From Lepidodermella squamata (taxonomy: Eukaryota > Animalia > Gastrotricha), in assembly GCA_047495785.1 (NCBI GenBank), contig JBLDXI010000010.1, forward strand, positions 248,001 through 312,000: a DNA stretch of 64,000 nt. The letters run 5' to 3'. Positions 12,872-25,410 of this stretch are shown here, one piece after another; within the stretch, counting starts at the first letter, position 1; every line of letters starts with the position of its first letter. Made by a program: the position numbers and the translations under genes. The notes under the pieces are model-generated. The model was not told the DNA's origin and did not search any database. It saw only the letters and a program-made list of their open reading frames with translations.

Positions 12872-13589
12872 GGGTAATTTTGGACAGGCTAAATTTGGAC
12901 ACTACGCCTTGTCAGCTGAATTGTGCTTGATCAGGAAGGTGAATAAAAATATCGGTAAAAATCCACAGATTCCTTGAGAGTTGGGCTTTCCAACGGTACC
13001 AAATACGAGGTATAATGGAAGTTACCTGTCTTCAACAAAAATTGAAAAGGTAGGATGTCTCTAAACGTCGATTTAGGACCCCCTAATTCCCAGTCATTCT
13101 GAATATATTGCGACTTGAAATTTTTACCTGGAGCAACTGACACCATGAACTCTCGACTGGCATAAAAATAAGTTTACCTTTGCCGACGGGAATTCTGTAC
13201 AGGCGACCTCAAAGTTTGGGCCGTGTGTAGGGTAATTTTGGACATAATAAATGCGTTAAGCTAAAAGTAGCGGGAAAAAATGTGAATCGAGTTTGGATGA
13301 CGTCATCAGTTTCTTGGCACCATGTGCGCATTTTTTTTCCGAATTTCAATAAATGTTTCAAGTTCTGCATGCATTCCGACAATTATGAATATGCTAATGA
13401 GGTGTCCAAATTTAGCCTAACCACGCACCATTTTTATAAAATCAAGTTAACATGAGAAAATTATCAAATTTTGCACAGAGATGGGAAGTGGGCCCCCCTA
13501 ATGCCCTGAACTTTTCACATATGTATAATTTTTTCCTGATTTTCTAGAGCTGAAAACCATGTTTTTGTCCAAAATAACCACCATTACGG
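12872..13589. mobile_element. Non-autonomous DNA transposon (MITE-like) remnant
   Basis: Perfect 17-bp inverted repeat AGGCTAAATTTGGACAC (12886-12902 and 13402-13418). Direct repeat GGGTAATTTTGGACA (12872, 13230). Related inverted copy TGTCCAAAATAACCACCATTACGG ends at 13589 and is followed by TA. Confidence 0.55.
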
Positions 13590-14066
13590 TATTCTGCACT
13601 CAAATGCGTCAAAATTTTCGGGCCAGCTGGACAAATAGAGACCTTGAAACTCCGATTAGGATGGTCAACAAAACAAGAACAGTTGTAAAACAAACAATTG
13701 ATACTTTATTAAATCTTAAAAAATTACGACTTGTCAGCTTGCCAGCTATCGATGATCAGAGTCACTTCGACTAAGATTACATTTATTCGTAAATAATTCA
13801 AAATCCGATAGATTATGCGGCAAATTTCGTTCATTTTCCTCTCGATAATATGAAGAAACAGTCCACCTTGAAAGACACCCAAGGCCATCATAGAATTCAG
13901 AACAGATTATATCATTAATTATAAGTATATACCCAGTATTATTTATAGCCGATAAAACTCAATAAAATGAACAAGGTCTCTTTTTGGCGGACTTATAATT
14001 ATAGCGCTTTTACAAAATCACAATCACTTTTTTCAGATCGAAATATCGCGTGGAAAAACTTCGCGC

Positions 14067-15729
14067 TCAGAACAAGTTGCACAGTTTAAAGTCTTTAGCA
14101 GCAGCTCGGAACGGCGATCGAGCACCATTCAACGATTGAGCAGTCGTTTCCGGATAGCCCTGGTACAAAGCGCCGAAATAACTCGGATACGGCGTCGTTT
14201 TCACCAGCCAAAAATCGTCAATCACCTTCTGCTGATCGACCGAAAATTGCTGGACATTTATATGCGTTTTGTTGTAAATTTTCATTGTAGAAAAGCCGTA
14301 ATCGGACGACCGAAACGCGCTCCATTCAGGTGGATCAGTCACGAAGCCGTCGGTATCTTCCTGGCAACCGGCCGACCCTGTCGTGATATGAACCGGACCC
14401 TTCGCGTTCAAATACGGCTGGCCAGGTGTGGAGCCGTTTTTCACCTCGCCGTTGTAAATCGGCCACAGCCTCTCGTAAGAATGCTCATGGGCCCAAATTT
14501 CGAAATCAACGCCGTATTCCATGAACAAATCTTCCAGGCCGCAAATGTGGAGGAAGGGCAGGCCTTTCCGCATCACCGATTCTCCTTTCGTGCAGTCATC
14601 CCGGTCGTCATTCGTGCAGTACATTGGTCGATGGCCAAATGTAACAATCCACGGCCGAGCTTTGCGATTTTCGGGTTTATTCGCTTCTTTCAGATCGTTT
14701 AACAGCCAGTTCCACTGGGCGACCACAGATTCCCAGCCGTAGTTGAGATAGAAGTAGAATTCGGTGGAAAACGAGATGAAATGAACGGGTCCAATGTTGA
14801 AACTGTAGAACAAGCTCGAGTTTGAACCGCCGGGCATAGAAAATCGGTTGACGTAATTCGAAAAATTACTGGAATGAAAATTATTTGAAAAAATGGGGTT
14901 TTTTATTTAAATATACTCACTAGGCTTGCTCGTGATTTCCTGGGCACACCATGTAGGGTACGTAGGCTGCAACTGCCTCAATCATTCGCATGAATTCATC
15001 ACCGGTCTGAGCGTTGTTCGAGTCCATATCGTAAGCGAAATCACCTAGCAAAACAACAAAAATCAGCTCAAACATTCAAAAAATCGACCCAAATTTGAGC
15101 AAATTTATTTCTGATTTTCCTGTCAATTTTAAGAATATCGACCCAATTTTGATCCAATTGTCGATGGACAATGCATAACAAATATTGAAAATTGCCATAT
15201 TTTTTGAAAAAACTTTGAAATGATTAAAAGACCCAGCTTCAGTTTACTTACCAACATGAATAACAGCGTCAAATTTGCCGCGTTGAACGTCCGACTGAAG
15301 GTACGCCATCGACCGAGAATTCACATTGCCCATATCGCCGAAAAACGCAATTCTCGGCACCCAACTATCCGTCGAACGCGGCAGTGCCCTGAAATAGAAC
15401 ACCGCACTCCAGGCCTGAAGCGGGCTGCCAACATGGTAGTAATAAGCCTTCCCAGGTTCCACCTGAAGAGTCACTCGATGAATAAACATTTCGCGATGAT
15501 CTGTCCCGCCGTCGATAAAAGACGTGGCGTAACCAGTTGCGCTCATTTCCATGTCAACATGCTCGCCATATTCGACCATGCTGACATTTGTCGCGTTTTT
15601 CGTCACCCATGTTACAACCATTTCCTCCTCAGTTCGGCCCAGGGCAATATGAATCTGCTCGGGCTGCACATAGATTTGCCCGTAAACGTAACAGCAGAAA
15701 TTCGCGAGGAAAATCGATAAAATTATCAT
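14067..15729 (-). CDS. ACP7: Acid phosphatase type 7 (purple acid phosphatase long form), 3 exons
   Basis: PEQIHIA, FGDMG, HVGDFAYD, PGNHE, GHRPMYC, AHEHSYER, TGSAGC. Confidence 0.93.
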
Positions 15730-15802
15730 AATAAATAATCTACCTTAAAAATAATTAATATGAAAAAACGGTGAAAATTTATTGCGTTTATGAAAGAACA
15801 AA

Positions 15803-17389
15803 TCAAGGAAAATCGTCCAACCGCGGCTTTTTCGCGCTAGAATCTGACGATGAATGGCCTGCTCGAACCTGGGACATGGTTATATACTTTCCAACGCCAG
15901 AACTTGTATGACTGGCCAGAGTTTCGACTTTTTTCGCTGGCCCAGGTTTTGCGACCGGCTTCGGCGGCGGGGCTCTCGCAGCTTTTTCCTCATCTTCTCG
16001 AGCTTTTTTAACCGCCTCGTCGGCGTCTTCAAACGGGTTGACAAACACAACAGTGTCTTCTATTGTTATTGGTTGCAACGGTACATCGCCTTCATTCACC
16101 TCGGTGCGTTCGATTTTCAACAGCGTGTCCATCCCGCCGACAATTTTGCCAAAAATCGTGTGGCGCCTATCGAGAAACGTGCTCGGGGCGAATGTGATGA
16201 AAAACTGCGATTTATTCAGATTCTTCCCGCCATTCGACATTGACACAACCCCACGAGCGCTGTGTAGCAACTGCGGGACAAATTCGTCGTCGAACGGTTG
16301 GCCGTCTTTAAACGCCGATTTACCACCATCACCGGTATTAGTCGGATCGCCGGTTTGAGTGAGGAAATTTCTGACGACTCGATAAAATCGACAGCCCTTG
16401 TAATAACCTGCTTTGCAGTGGCGGATGAAGTTGTCACAAGTTCGCGGTACTAAATCGCAATGCAGCTCAAGATTCAATGGGCCGAGATTTGTGACAATTC
16501 GGACATAGCCTTTCTTATTCTTTGGCATAAACCGATACCGGGTTTCGTCATCATCCAACACCGCGGCTTCTGTCGAGGTAACTCGGTCAGCGACAGTGCA
16601 AGTAAACGAGGCTGCAGCTCGACCAGTTGAATATAGAGCGGCGTTGTACTTTCCAGAAACTGTCGATTGGCCGGATGTACTCGGCTTCGCATAAATTTCC
16701 GCAACTTCAGCCGCTTCGGCCTCGCTCGGCTTTTTAAAATCTCTTTCCAGCGCCTTCAAAGTTTCAATCGCTTCGGGGTTAACGTTTTTCAGATGAATTT
16801 GAGCTTTTTTATCGCGCTCCTCTGCCATCTCTTTCTCATTGGTCAGCCCGTTCTTCACGTAAAAGAAGTCGGCCATGTTGAATTTATCCAAATTTGTCGG
16901 ATCTTGGATGTGGATGATATCGCTTCGAGTGAAAGGTTCGTCCGTAAGCAAATCTTTCCAATGTTTCGGTGTAATATTCAGCTGTTCTACAGCTTCAAAG
17001 CAATACACATTTCCAGTCTGTTTTACGGCAACAATGTGAGAATTTTCATTGAAAACCTTGAACATGACCGGACAATGGTACTTTCCATCGGCGTTTTTGT
17101 GGAAATTCAGCTTGACTAAATCTTTGACAGTCATCTTATCGCCGGTCAGTGGGTTAACGCCATATTTCTTGAGGAAGGGGATAATGCTGAGCAAATCGAA
17201 TACGACCCCTTCTTTGCTGCAATAGGGATTTTCGAATGGTTGCAATGATAGGGCACAGCACGAAAAAGGTAGTCGGCGAAACTTGGCTTTCGCCCCAACT
17301 TCAACCGTTCGTTTTTTGCCGCCCCATTCTTCTCGCCATTCCGTATGCGTGATGTAAAGCTTGTCTTTCTGATGCTGCTTTTTACCCAT
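15803..17389 (-). CDS. PPIL2: RING-type E3 ligase / cyclophilin PPIL2 (Cyp60), intronless
   Basis: MGKKQHQKDKLYIT, RRLPFSCCALSLQPF U-box, cyclophilin domain (GPLNLEL...PRTCDNF...SQFFITF...HTIFG). Confidence 0.95.
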   Translation of the reverse strand: MGKKQHQKDKLYITHTEWREEWGGKKRTVEVGAKAKFRRLPFSCCALSLQPFENPYCSKEGVVFDLLSIIPFLKKYGVNPLTGDKMTVKDLVKLNFHKNADGKYHCPVMFKVFNENSHIVAVKQTGNVYCFEAVEQLNITPKHWKDLLTDEPFTRSDIIHIQDPTNLDKFNMADFFYVKNGLTNEKEMAEERDKKAQIHLKNVNPEAIETLKALERDFKKPSEAEAAEVAEIYAKPSTSGQSTVSGKYNAALYSTGRAAASFTCTVADRVTSTEAAVLDDDETRYRFMPKNKKGYVRIVTNLGPLNLELHCDLVPRTCDNFIRHCKAGYYKGCRFYRVVRNFLTQTGDPTNTGDGGKSAFKDGQPFDDEFVPQLLHSARGVVSMSNGGKNLNKSQFFITFAPSTFLDRRHTIFGKIVGGMDTLLKIERTEVNEGDVPLQPITIEDTVVFVNPFEDADEAVKKAREDEEKAARAPPPKPVAKPGPAKKVETLASHTSSGVGKYITMSQVRAGHSSSDSSAKKPRLDDFP

Positions 17390-17616
17390 TTTAATTAACA
17401 AATCTAAATAGAATGCGGTCATGTTTAGATATGCAGAATCAGATTAAATTGTGTAAGGCACTGAAATAAAATCACAGGTATAAATTTTGGGAACCTAGGC
17501 TGATTTGCCGTAGATTCCAATGAAAAAAAAATGAGCAACATTAGAAAGAGATTGTCTTTCGATGGCAAAAAATGAGCACCGGCAAAAAGCTCAACAATTT
17601 GAAGTCATATTTGCTT

Positions 17617-18507
17617 CTAGTAACGCCGTGGAACCATACAGCTAGATGAGCAAGACAAGGGGAGACCGTTCGACTCTTCATCACGTTGAGAGCTGTCTGG
17701 TCCGGTCAGCGGAACAACGCGACGAGTAAACGCAGTGACTCCAACCCTGTTGTAGATATGTTTTACTTTTTCAGCGGGGTTAATGCTAAAAAGAACATAC
17801 CCAAGAAACGGCATGTTCAGAGCACCGATTGGAATGGGCATCGCGTAACCGTAGGACGCATCCGACCTCAAGGCTGGAGGAACTGGCTCATCTTGTTCCA
17901 AAACTTTGAAAGTTTTCGGCTCGTATCCTTGTTCGTGATCATATTCTATCGCAAAGTCGAAGTAGTAGGGATTGACCAGGCGGCCCATTAGTCCGGTGGC
18001 CTGCTGAATGTGGATCAGAAGAGTTTTTAGCTGACTCTCCAAATCTTTTCCGTTGAAAGGAACCGATGCATCCTCGTTGTTAGATGCTTTGCATTTCAAA
18101 ATAGCTCCAGAATCGTTGTATTCAAATGTAAATTGATACCACTCGTAAAAGACATCACGCCGAGCTGGATTGTCATAAAATCCCAACACAACACGCTTGA
18201 GGCATCGCTGGGAAATCGCAGCGCTCATATCAGCGACAAGTTCAAGAACTCGTTTGCACAACGGAATGTCATCACATTTCCTGACCAGCAGGGTTCTTAC
18301 GTCACCGAAAAGGACAGGAATGAAAGCTTTCTCGTCCATAGCTTGACGGGTGCAAAGAATATGCGAAATGGCAGCAAATAAACAACGTTTTAAAGCCGCG
18401 AGCGATTCCTTGATTGTGACACGATCATTCTTCGGAAAAAATACAACTTGGCAGGCCTCAACGGATGACTCCCGCTGGACGGCTTTCTCGCGTAACGTTG
18501 TAATCAT
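17617..18507 (-). CDS. Meiotic HORMA-domain protein (HORMAD/Hop1/HIM-3-like)
   Basis: ESLAALKRCLFAAISHILCTR...AISQRCLKRVVLGFYDNP...EWYQFTFEY resembles the HORMAD1/2 HORMA domain. Probable small in-frame intron near 17750-17800; 3' end uncertain. Confidence 0.78.
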   Translation of the reverse strand: MITTLREKAVQRESSVEACQVVFFPKNDRVTIKESLAALKRCLFAAISHILCTRQAMDEKAFIPVLFGDVRTLLVRKCDDIPLCKRVLELVADMSAAISQRCLKRVVLGFYDNPARRDVFYEWYQFTFEYNDSGAILKCKASNNEDASVPFNGKDLESQLKTLLIHIQQATGLMGRLVNPYYFDFAIEYDHEQGYEPKTFKVLEQDEPVPPALRSDASYGYAMPIPIGALNMPFLGYVLFSINPAEKVKHIYNRVGVTAFTRRVVPLTGPDSSQRDEESNGLPLSCSSSCMVPRRY

Positions 18508-19084
18508 AGATGGGCAAGCTTAATTCTTCAAATCTAGCAGTATAAAAACATTCAAATAAAGCGATACGGCCATGCTCCGGAGATGAATAATGAGATAGTC
18601 AACTATTCAACTTCCGTTCCTCAAAAAAATAACAGGATATCAGTAATTTTTTAAAGCAAGTTTTGACCCAGAAACGGTTTTCCTTCGCACTATTACTGCC
18701 AACTAATGACTCTGGAGAAGGAGCCTCTATAACTCTTAATAAATGATTTCTGAAAGATTTCTGAAAGTTGACAAGACATAACATTTAGCCACAGAAATCT
18801 TATTTGTGAAAATTTATTCAAAATAAAATGTCAATAAGAAATGAGCAGATTTGCATCGAGGCCGGGAATGTTTTTTAGATCCAATCAGTAGTGAAGTCAG
18901 TCTATGCGCGCCTTAACAACTTTTCCCACCATATGAATGACTTAATAGCGTCTACGCATGGTCAAATAGCGCTATCCACTGAATTTTTAGGTATAAAGAA
19001 ATAGAAAAAATACCCCATGGAGATATTCTCTCCGTTCGTTTGCTCGCTATAGTTCGTTGAAAGTTTGAGACGATGGACGATGGT

Positions 19085-19860
19085 TTTTAGTCAGCCGCTA
19101 GAGTGACCTCGGCTTCCATGAGGTTTGTCGGGGTGAATTGCCGCATCGTAATTCCATCTTTCACTTGAGCTTTGATCTTCTCGAATATGTCACTGAGAAG
19201 TTGCTTGTTTACTGGGATCACGAGAATCGGCCGCGGGCGGCCGTCCTGGAGCTGTAGTCCCAGTCATCGAGCTCGGAAGAACGCTGCGCCTAACCGGGGA
19301 ATTGTTTCCTTGACCGACAACACCACCGAGTCGCCCGCGCCTTCGTTCAAGACGATGGTGATATCGGCTTCAGGCTTCATGAAAGATTTTCAATCGTAGC
19401 TTCGATTTTCTTGTCTAGAAGATTGCATTGGTTGGAGCCGATGCTTCGTTTTATCGTGAATCTGGATCTGCTGAACGGTAGCTGCACCGGTGCGCCGCAC
19501 TCAATGCAGCAGATACTTACGTAGTCGACGACCCTTTCGATTGTAGTTTGAATGGTTTAAAGGCTGAGCCGGTTCCACCATCGTTAAATCCCTACGGGTG
19601 CAGTTTCCATATTTCTCAATACTGCCAAAAGACACTCTCGGACCGATGATGTATTAAACCGTCGAACATTCCCGAGCTTGTTGCTCTACCATCAAAGCCG
19701 CCTTTTCATGCGGAGTGCGTTCTAACGGGGCCATTTCCCGCGGCGACGGGCCAGTCCTCCACTCAAAATTCGTTGCGGTTGCTCGTAGGAGTTGAGAAAC
19801 CTTGATAATAGGGTTGAATTTGTAGTCGTTTCCCAACAGGCCAGAGAAAGTCGCTCTTGC
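19085..19860 (-). pseudogene. Degenerate coding-like segment, unassigned (possible TE remnant)
   Basis: GC-richer, with long stop-interrupted frames (MKPEADITIVLNEG...FFRAR*LGLQLQDGRPRPILVIP...EVTLAAD*). No recognisable domain. Confidence 0.3.
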
Positions 19861-20293
19861 CAGAACATTGTGGCTGTTGCATAACTGGCTGTTGGGCGCC
19901 GTACAACGGTCTCCTTTTCCTACTCACGTGTTTCTACTTTGTTAAACTTGCTTAATCTAAACTCACCTGAGGTTAAGAAATAGCCCTAGCTGGTTCATTA
20001 CTGTGCCCAGTACGTTGGGGCAGTGAATTTATTGGTAATAGTTAACGGTGCCTCTGATCCCTCATTCGACTACCCGACCCTAAAATCTACTTCGTAGGAT
20101 GTCATATTCTCATTGACTTTAACGTGACTGTCAAATATGCAAAGTATATTTCCATCATTTTTATATTGAGAATTGAGAACTAAAAATCAAGTTTGGTCCC
20201 AGTTCGCTTTGTTATCTCAACTTGAATTTCCATTTTATCGTAGAAGAATTTCAAATATTTGGAATATTGATCGCCTCTTGATATCGTAAAAAT

Positions 20294-20831
20294 ATGGTAA
20301 GTTTGGCTGCTTTTTATAATCATTTTCAATAACGCAGTCTTTCGTGTAGATTCGCTTCATTCTCATTCAAAATCGCGCCGGCAAGACGAGGTTGGCAAAA
20401 TGGTACATGCACTTCGACGACGACGAAAAGCAGAAATTGATCGAAGAAGTCCACGCTTTAGTCACCGTGCGAGATGCTAAGCATACCAATTTCGTAGAGG
20501 TAGGTAGCGATTTTCACCATCAATATCCTTATAAGCTTATTTGAAATCTTATCAGTTTCGCAACTTCAAAATCGTTTACCGTCGTTACGCTGGTCTCTAC
20601 TTCTGCATTTGCTGTGATCTAAGCGACAACAGCCTTGCATACCTGGAGGCGATCCACAACTTCGTCGAGGTGCTCAACGAATACTTCCACAACGTTTGTG
20701 AACTCGATTTGGTGTTCAACTTTTACAAGGTCTACAGTGTCGTCGATGAAATGTTTCTGGCTGGAGAAATTCGTGAAACTAGCCAAACCAAAGTGCTGCG
20801 CCAACTCGCGATGTTATCCTCACTCGAATAA
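20294..20831 (+). CDS. AP2S1: AP-2 complex subunit sigma, 3 exons (exon 1 codes only ATG)
   Basis: M|[19 protein letters not shown]...TNFVE|[16 protein letters not shown]...[13 protein letters not shown]. Confidence 0.97.
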
Positions 20832-21677
20832 TTCTTATCGGTTTAGGCCGGATCGAAACTGCAATTTTTCATGTATTAAATAAATATATAATTATATTGT
20901 GAATCGAATTCATTCTGTCATATTCCAAACGCAATTATTGTAATTACCCTGGTAACTGAGTATATGTGCTTATTCCACTTCTGGCATTGTCTTTGTTCAA
21001 CATAGCTGTGAAGTCAACATTGCATGTTAATTTTTAATTTAATAAAACAGAACGTCAGTTGAGATATAGCTCTTTTTATTCATTTTTCTGTTCTTTCGAA
21101 TTGAGAAGAAACCAAAATTTCTACAGCGGCTCTGTTCGAACCGGAAATTGCAACGAAGTATGCGCCATCGTCATATACACAAGAGAACAACATCATAAAA
21201 TAACGTAATAATTTAATAACATTAGTTATCATCATCAATTTCATGGCCAAGGTTGCGTGGCTATTTTCAGCAGGGCAGATTGATTTCTCAAGGTGACAAA
21301 TCGACTCGCACGTCAAAGAGTAGACAAAACACCTGATTGAAATGAGCGTGACATATCTAGCGTTTTTCCCATCAAGCAAAATTGCATCTCGCACGTGACG
21401 CGGAAAACAAACAAAAAAGAGTCGAGAGTATGAAAGCACAAATGTGACTTGTAGTTATCTCGTGTTTTCCCCGGTCGCTAACGGCCCTTTGATTTCACAA
21501 ATTTTCGTTGACATCACGACGTTCAGAGGAAAACACGCACGAAATCAGTTTAGAACGAAGTCAGATCGCCTTAAGAACACTGTATATCGCACAACAGCAG
21601 ATATATTTCTGGTTTTTTATATCAAGAAAAATGAGTTGTAGTTATTCTTTTTGTGCTGACGGTGGAAATCAATCAGG

Positions 21678-24094
21678 CTACCGAATCCGCATAATCAAAA
21701 ATATGAGGGCAGCGATTAGACATAAAAACGTAGTGGTGTACATTTCCCAGTTGCGACCAAACATGATTCGCGGGTCGAGCATCAGCACGGTCTGCAGCGG
21801 GTCGAAACTACGGAATGCGTCGAAGAACAGCAAAACGCGAAGGTGCATCATGGCTAGGGCCACAGGGGTCGCTGCTTCGGGACTCGCCTCAGCCGCCATA
21901 TCGTAATAACGTTTAGCAAGATGGAGATCCTAAGAAGGGAAAAATAAGTATAAATACTAGGTTTTCTAAAATCTAAAATTTAAATAGAACAGTTCAGCAT
22001 CGCATCCAACTTTTCATCCCACACATTTTGATCAGAAAATAACCGCGAAATTCTGAAATTATGTATAAAAAAATTCTTAATTCCTAATTCTAATTGCGAA
22101 TTATTTTCGCGTTTTAATTCAGCTTATTCAACTTTCCCTTCTCATTCAAAAATGAAACGCAAATAACGCAAACTGAAACGAAAACGAAAAATGAAAGCTA
22201 TAAATGTTGAGCAAATAACGTAAAATATAGGCCCTAATTTATCATATAAGGAGACAATATCAGGAAATTAATCAAAATTACTTACCCTAGTTAATCCCAC
22301 GCCTTGCTCGTGCATATAAGCCAGATTGAAATAGGCCTGCGCATTTTGCAATTCACCGGCTTGGCGATAGTAACGAGCAGCTGATTCGTAGTTGACAACA
22401 GTGCCCTGACCGTAGTAGTGGTAATCACCCAATTTCAAACGAGCGTAAGCCGAGCCTTGATTTGCGGCCCGAGTCCAATAGAACAAGGCACGTTTATAAG
22501 ACTCGGAGCTGCCGAATAATTTGTTACCGACGCCTCGGTCCAACAAGTAAGCAGCATTTGATTGGGCTGCTTCATAGCCCGATTGCGCCAGCATCATATA
22601 CATAAGCAATGCGGTTTCTGGCTTGCCTGATCGGTAAAAATGGTAGGCCTCCATGAACATACGAGCCCAGGGCCCGCGTTCGGCAACGGTTTTGAATAAA
22701 TCGACCGATATCTGGCAAGATCGAATAGATCCAATACCGGTAGCGTGCATGAAAGCCAGGTTGTAAACCGCTAACACGTTTGCGGATTGTGATGACATGT
22801 GGAAATATTTCAGAGCTTGGCGGTAGTCTTTTTCGATACCATGCCCGTTATAGTGCATAATTCCGAGTAAAAGCTGGGCTTCTGACGAATTTTCATCGGC
22901 CGCTTGCTGGGCGTAAGTGGCAGCTTTCGTGTAGTCTTTAGCCACGCCATGACCGTGGTAATGAGCATAGGCTAAACCATAAATGCCACTAGCGCTATTA
23001 CGAGCTGCGGCTTTTTTGAAATACTGAATAGCCGTGTCGTTATCCTGAGGCGTTGCTAGCGTTCCCTCCATGTACATTTTTCCGAGGTATGATAGCCCAA
23101 GACCACTGTTTTGTTCCGCAGCTTTCGATAAATAGTGAAGAGCTTTATGATAGTCCACCTCGACGTATTTCCCTCCTTGCAAATATAATTGCCCAAGCCC
23201 TAATTGAGCTTGAAGATCGCCCTTGTCAGCAAGGAATTCATAATATTGAAGCAGGTCTGAATCCATTGAAGTTAATGGTACAGATGTGCCGTAACCGCCG
23301 GGCTGTTCAGATTCTTCGTGAAGCAAAGTTCGGAATACATTTGCACTTCCTAGAAGCGAGTAACGCTTTTTTACAGCGAGCGCGACTTTTTGGTAATAAG
23401 TCAAAGCTTGCTCGCAGTTTTGTTCAACAGCGATTCCATTGAGATGAGTGTATCCCTAAATTAGAAAGTTCAATAAGAAAAAGATTCGACGGATGAATGA
23501 CAAACCAAATGTAGCTGAGCTAATGCGTTGCCTCCCAATGCTGCAAAGGTTGAGTATATCACCGATTTCGCCATGCTCAAATTCCGCTCAAGACCAACAC
23601 CGTAAATAAAAGCAAGGGCTGCTTGAGCCCCGGCGGAACCGTTGAGCGAAAGTTGCTGGAACAATTCCACTGCATGGGAAACGTTTCGCGGTCGGTATGA
23701 ACCAAAAAGATAGGCATATCCAACGATTTCCCAAGCTTCACTGTGATTTGTTTTCCGCGCGAATTCTTCTATCAAATCGATATACCTGAAAAACCGATCG
23801 TTAAAGCCATATATACGTATATAAATGAAATTACTTCTGATGCTCTCGAAAAGGAGTGGTTTGAAGATTTTTCTTCAAATCATCGAAGTATTTAATGTCG
23901 ACATCACTTATGGACGAAATTGAAGACGTATCTAGCTTCTCTCCACCAGTGACAATAGTTTCTTGCTCAGTTTTTGAAGCTGTGTCTTGCTGATGTCCAA
24001 GCACAGTTTCCTCACCAGCAGAACTTTGAGATGCGACCAGATTGAAGAACAGAATCGCAAGGAAATAGTAATTCGAGATGTTTAAAACCGTCAT
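21678..24094 (-). CDS. SEL1L: Protein sel-1 homolog (ERAD SEL1L/Hrd3), 4 exons
   Basis: Signal peptide, multiple Sel1-like repeats (LADKGDLQAQLGLGQLY, FKTVAERGPW, GYEAAQSNAAY, LKLGDYHYYG), DLHLAKRYYDMAAE, C-terminal TM helix. Confidence 0.95.
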
Positions 24095-25076
24095 ACCCTA
24101 TAATAAAATCAGGTACGCGACTGAACGAAAAAGTACCCAATGATTGAGAATTATCAGCGCATCTGATCAACATCGCAGTCACAGCAACAAATACGACGAA
24201 ATGTTTTCGTTCGTCAACAGTTTAAACGTTGAATCCATGAGACAAGAGATCGCGGAATATTATGATCAATGATCACGGGAAGTTTTCGAATCTAACTTTA
24301 TAACTTTAGGAGCGCCCGTGGTCCATAGAGGAGTGACATGTTAGGTTAGAGCTGACCATTGGCCGTCTTAGCCCCTGATTTCGCGTTTTTTGCGTTCTCC
24401 CGGCATCTTTCCTGAGCATTTCGGCCCCGTTTTATTTGACCCACGAAAGGTTGCCTTCCTCGATTCAGCTTTCATACGTCAGTTTTTTCTACCCAACATC
24501 GTACCATTATTAGTAATCTTTATTTAACATGCAACAATCACTCATGTATTTTATATATATTTCATGTCTAGGTCACACGTGCTTTTTGCGCGGGATTTTA
24601 CGATCGCTAAGTCATATTTTTTTACTGGTTTACGATGCCGGATGCTTCTCGTTGAGCCCCTGCTATTCACTACTCACTCCTCGCGACTTTTTCTTTTTTA
24701 GATTTCGCGTCCTAGAGAAAAATTGCGTAATATCGCCCTGTTCTGACCGACGTAGCACCTGATTTACTCGCTGAAGACTTCACGAAAAGAGCTGGCAGCC
24801 GTGAGAGAAATACGTTACGCGGCCCAATATAGACGTTACAATAAGAAGGGAGAAAGATGACCTACATGCTACGCCTAATAATCTCAATGATAGCTGATAG
24901 CTGCCGAAATCGATGTCAGTCAGCAATCAGCAATGCATGTCGTGCTCGTGCTCGTGACGTGCAACTACGCTAGCTGCTTTTCGCTGGTGTTCAGGATGCT
25001 TATTCAGCCGTGCTGGGGCAAATCATTGAGATAAATAAGTGAACTGGCCGGTCTACGTAACGAAACACAGGGCTTC

Positions 25077-25410
25077 CTATTCTGGTGGGCTCAGTGTTAG
25101 CTTTCGTCGCCGGCTACACGTCCCTACCGCACATGGTGATTGTTGCAAGTTGGAACTTACCCCATCTTGGGCAACCTCACACGCGAACAGCACTAAATCA
25201 TTTACAAATGACGCTGGGTTTGCTTCCATCAGAGCAGTCCGTCCATACACCAAATCGGCAATGATTTGGTATCTTGTAGGCAAAATTGTCATTGGAATAG
25301 TGGCATAAATGCTTGGAACGGCTTGATAAACTTGAGCACCCTCTTTATATCGGAGGGCTTTCGTCATGCTGCTTACACCATCGAATTTTCGATGGAACAG
25401 ATTGACCTAT
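25077..25410 (-). other. Unassigned ORF or exon divergent from MCTS1
   Basis: Open frame VNLFHRKFDGVSSMTKALRYKEG... begins right after an AG. No domain recognised. Confidence 0.25.

Noticed and set aside
19886-19905. GGCGCCCAACAG resembling an LTR-element primer-binding site
   Set aside because: Lacks the TGG start and an adjacent LTR end; no gag or pol motifs follow.
24310-24400. Possible tRNA or SINE head (GCGCCCGTGGTCCATAG...)
   Set aside because: No B-box or cloverleaf. No tRNA, rRNA or snRNA gene was recognised anywhere in the window.
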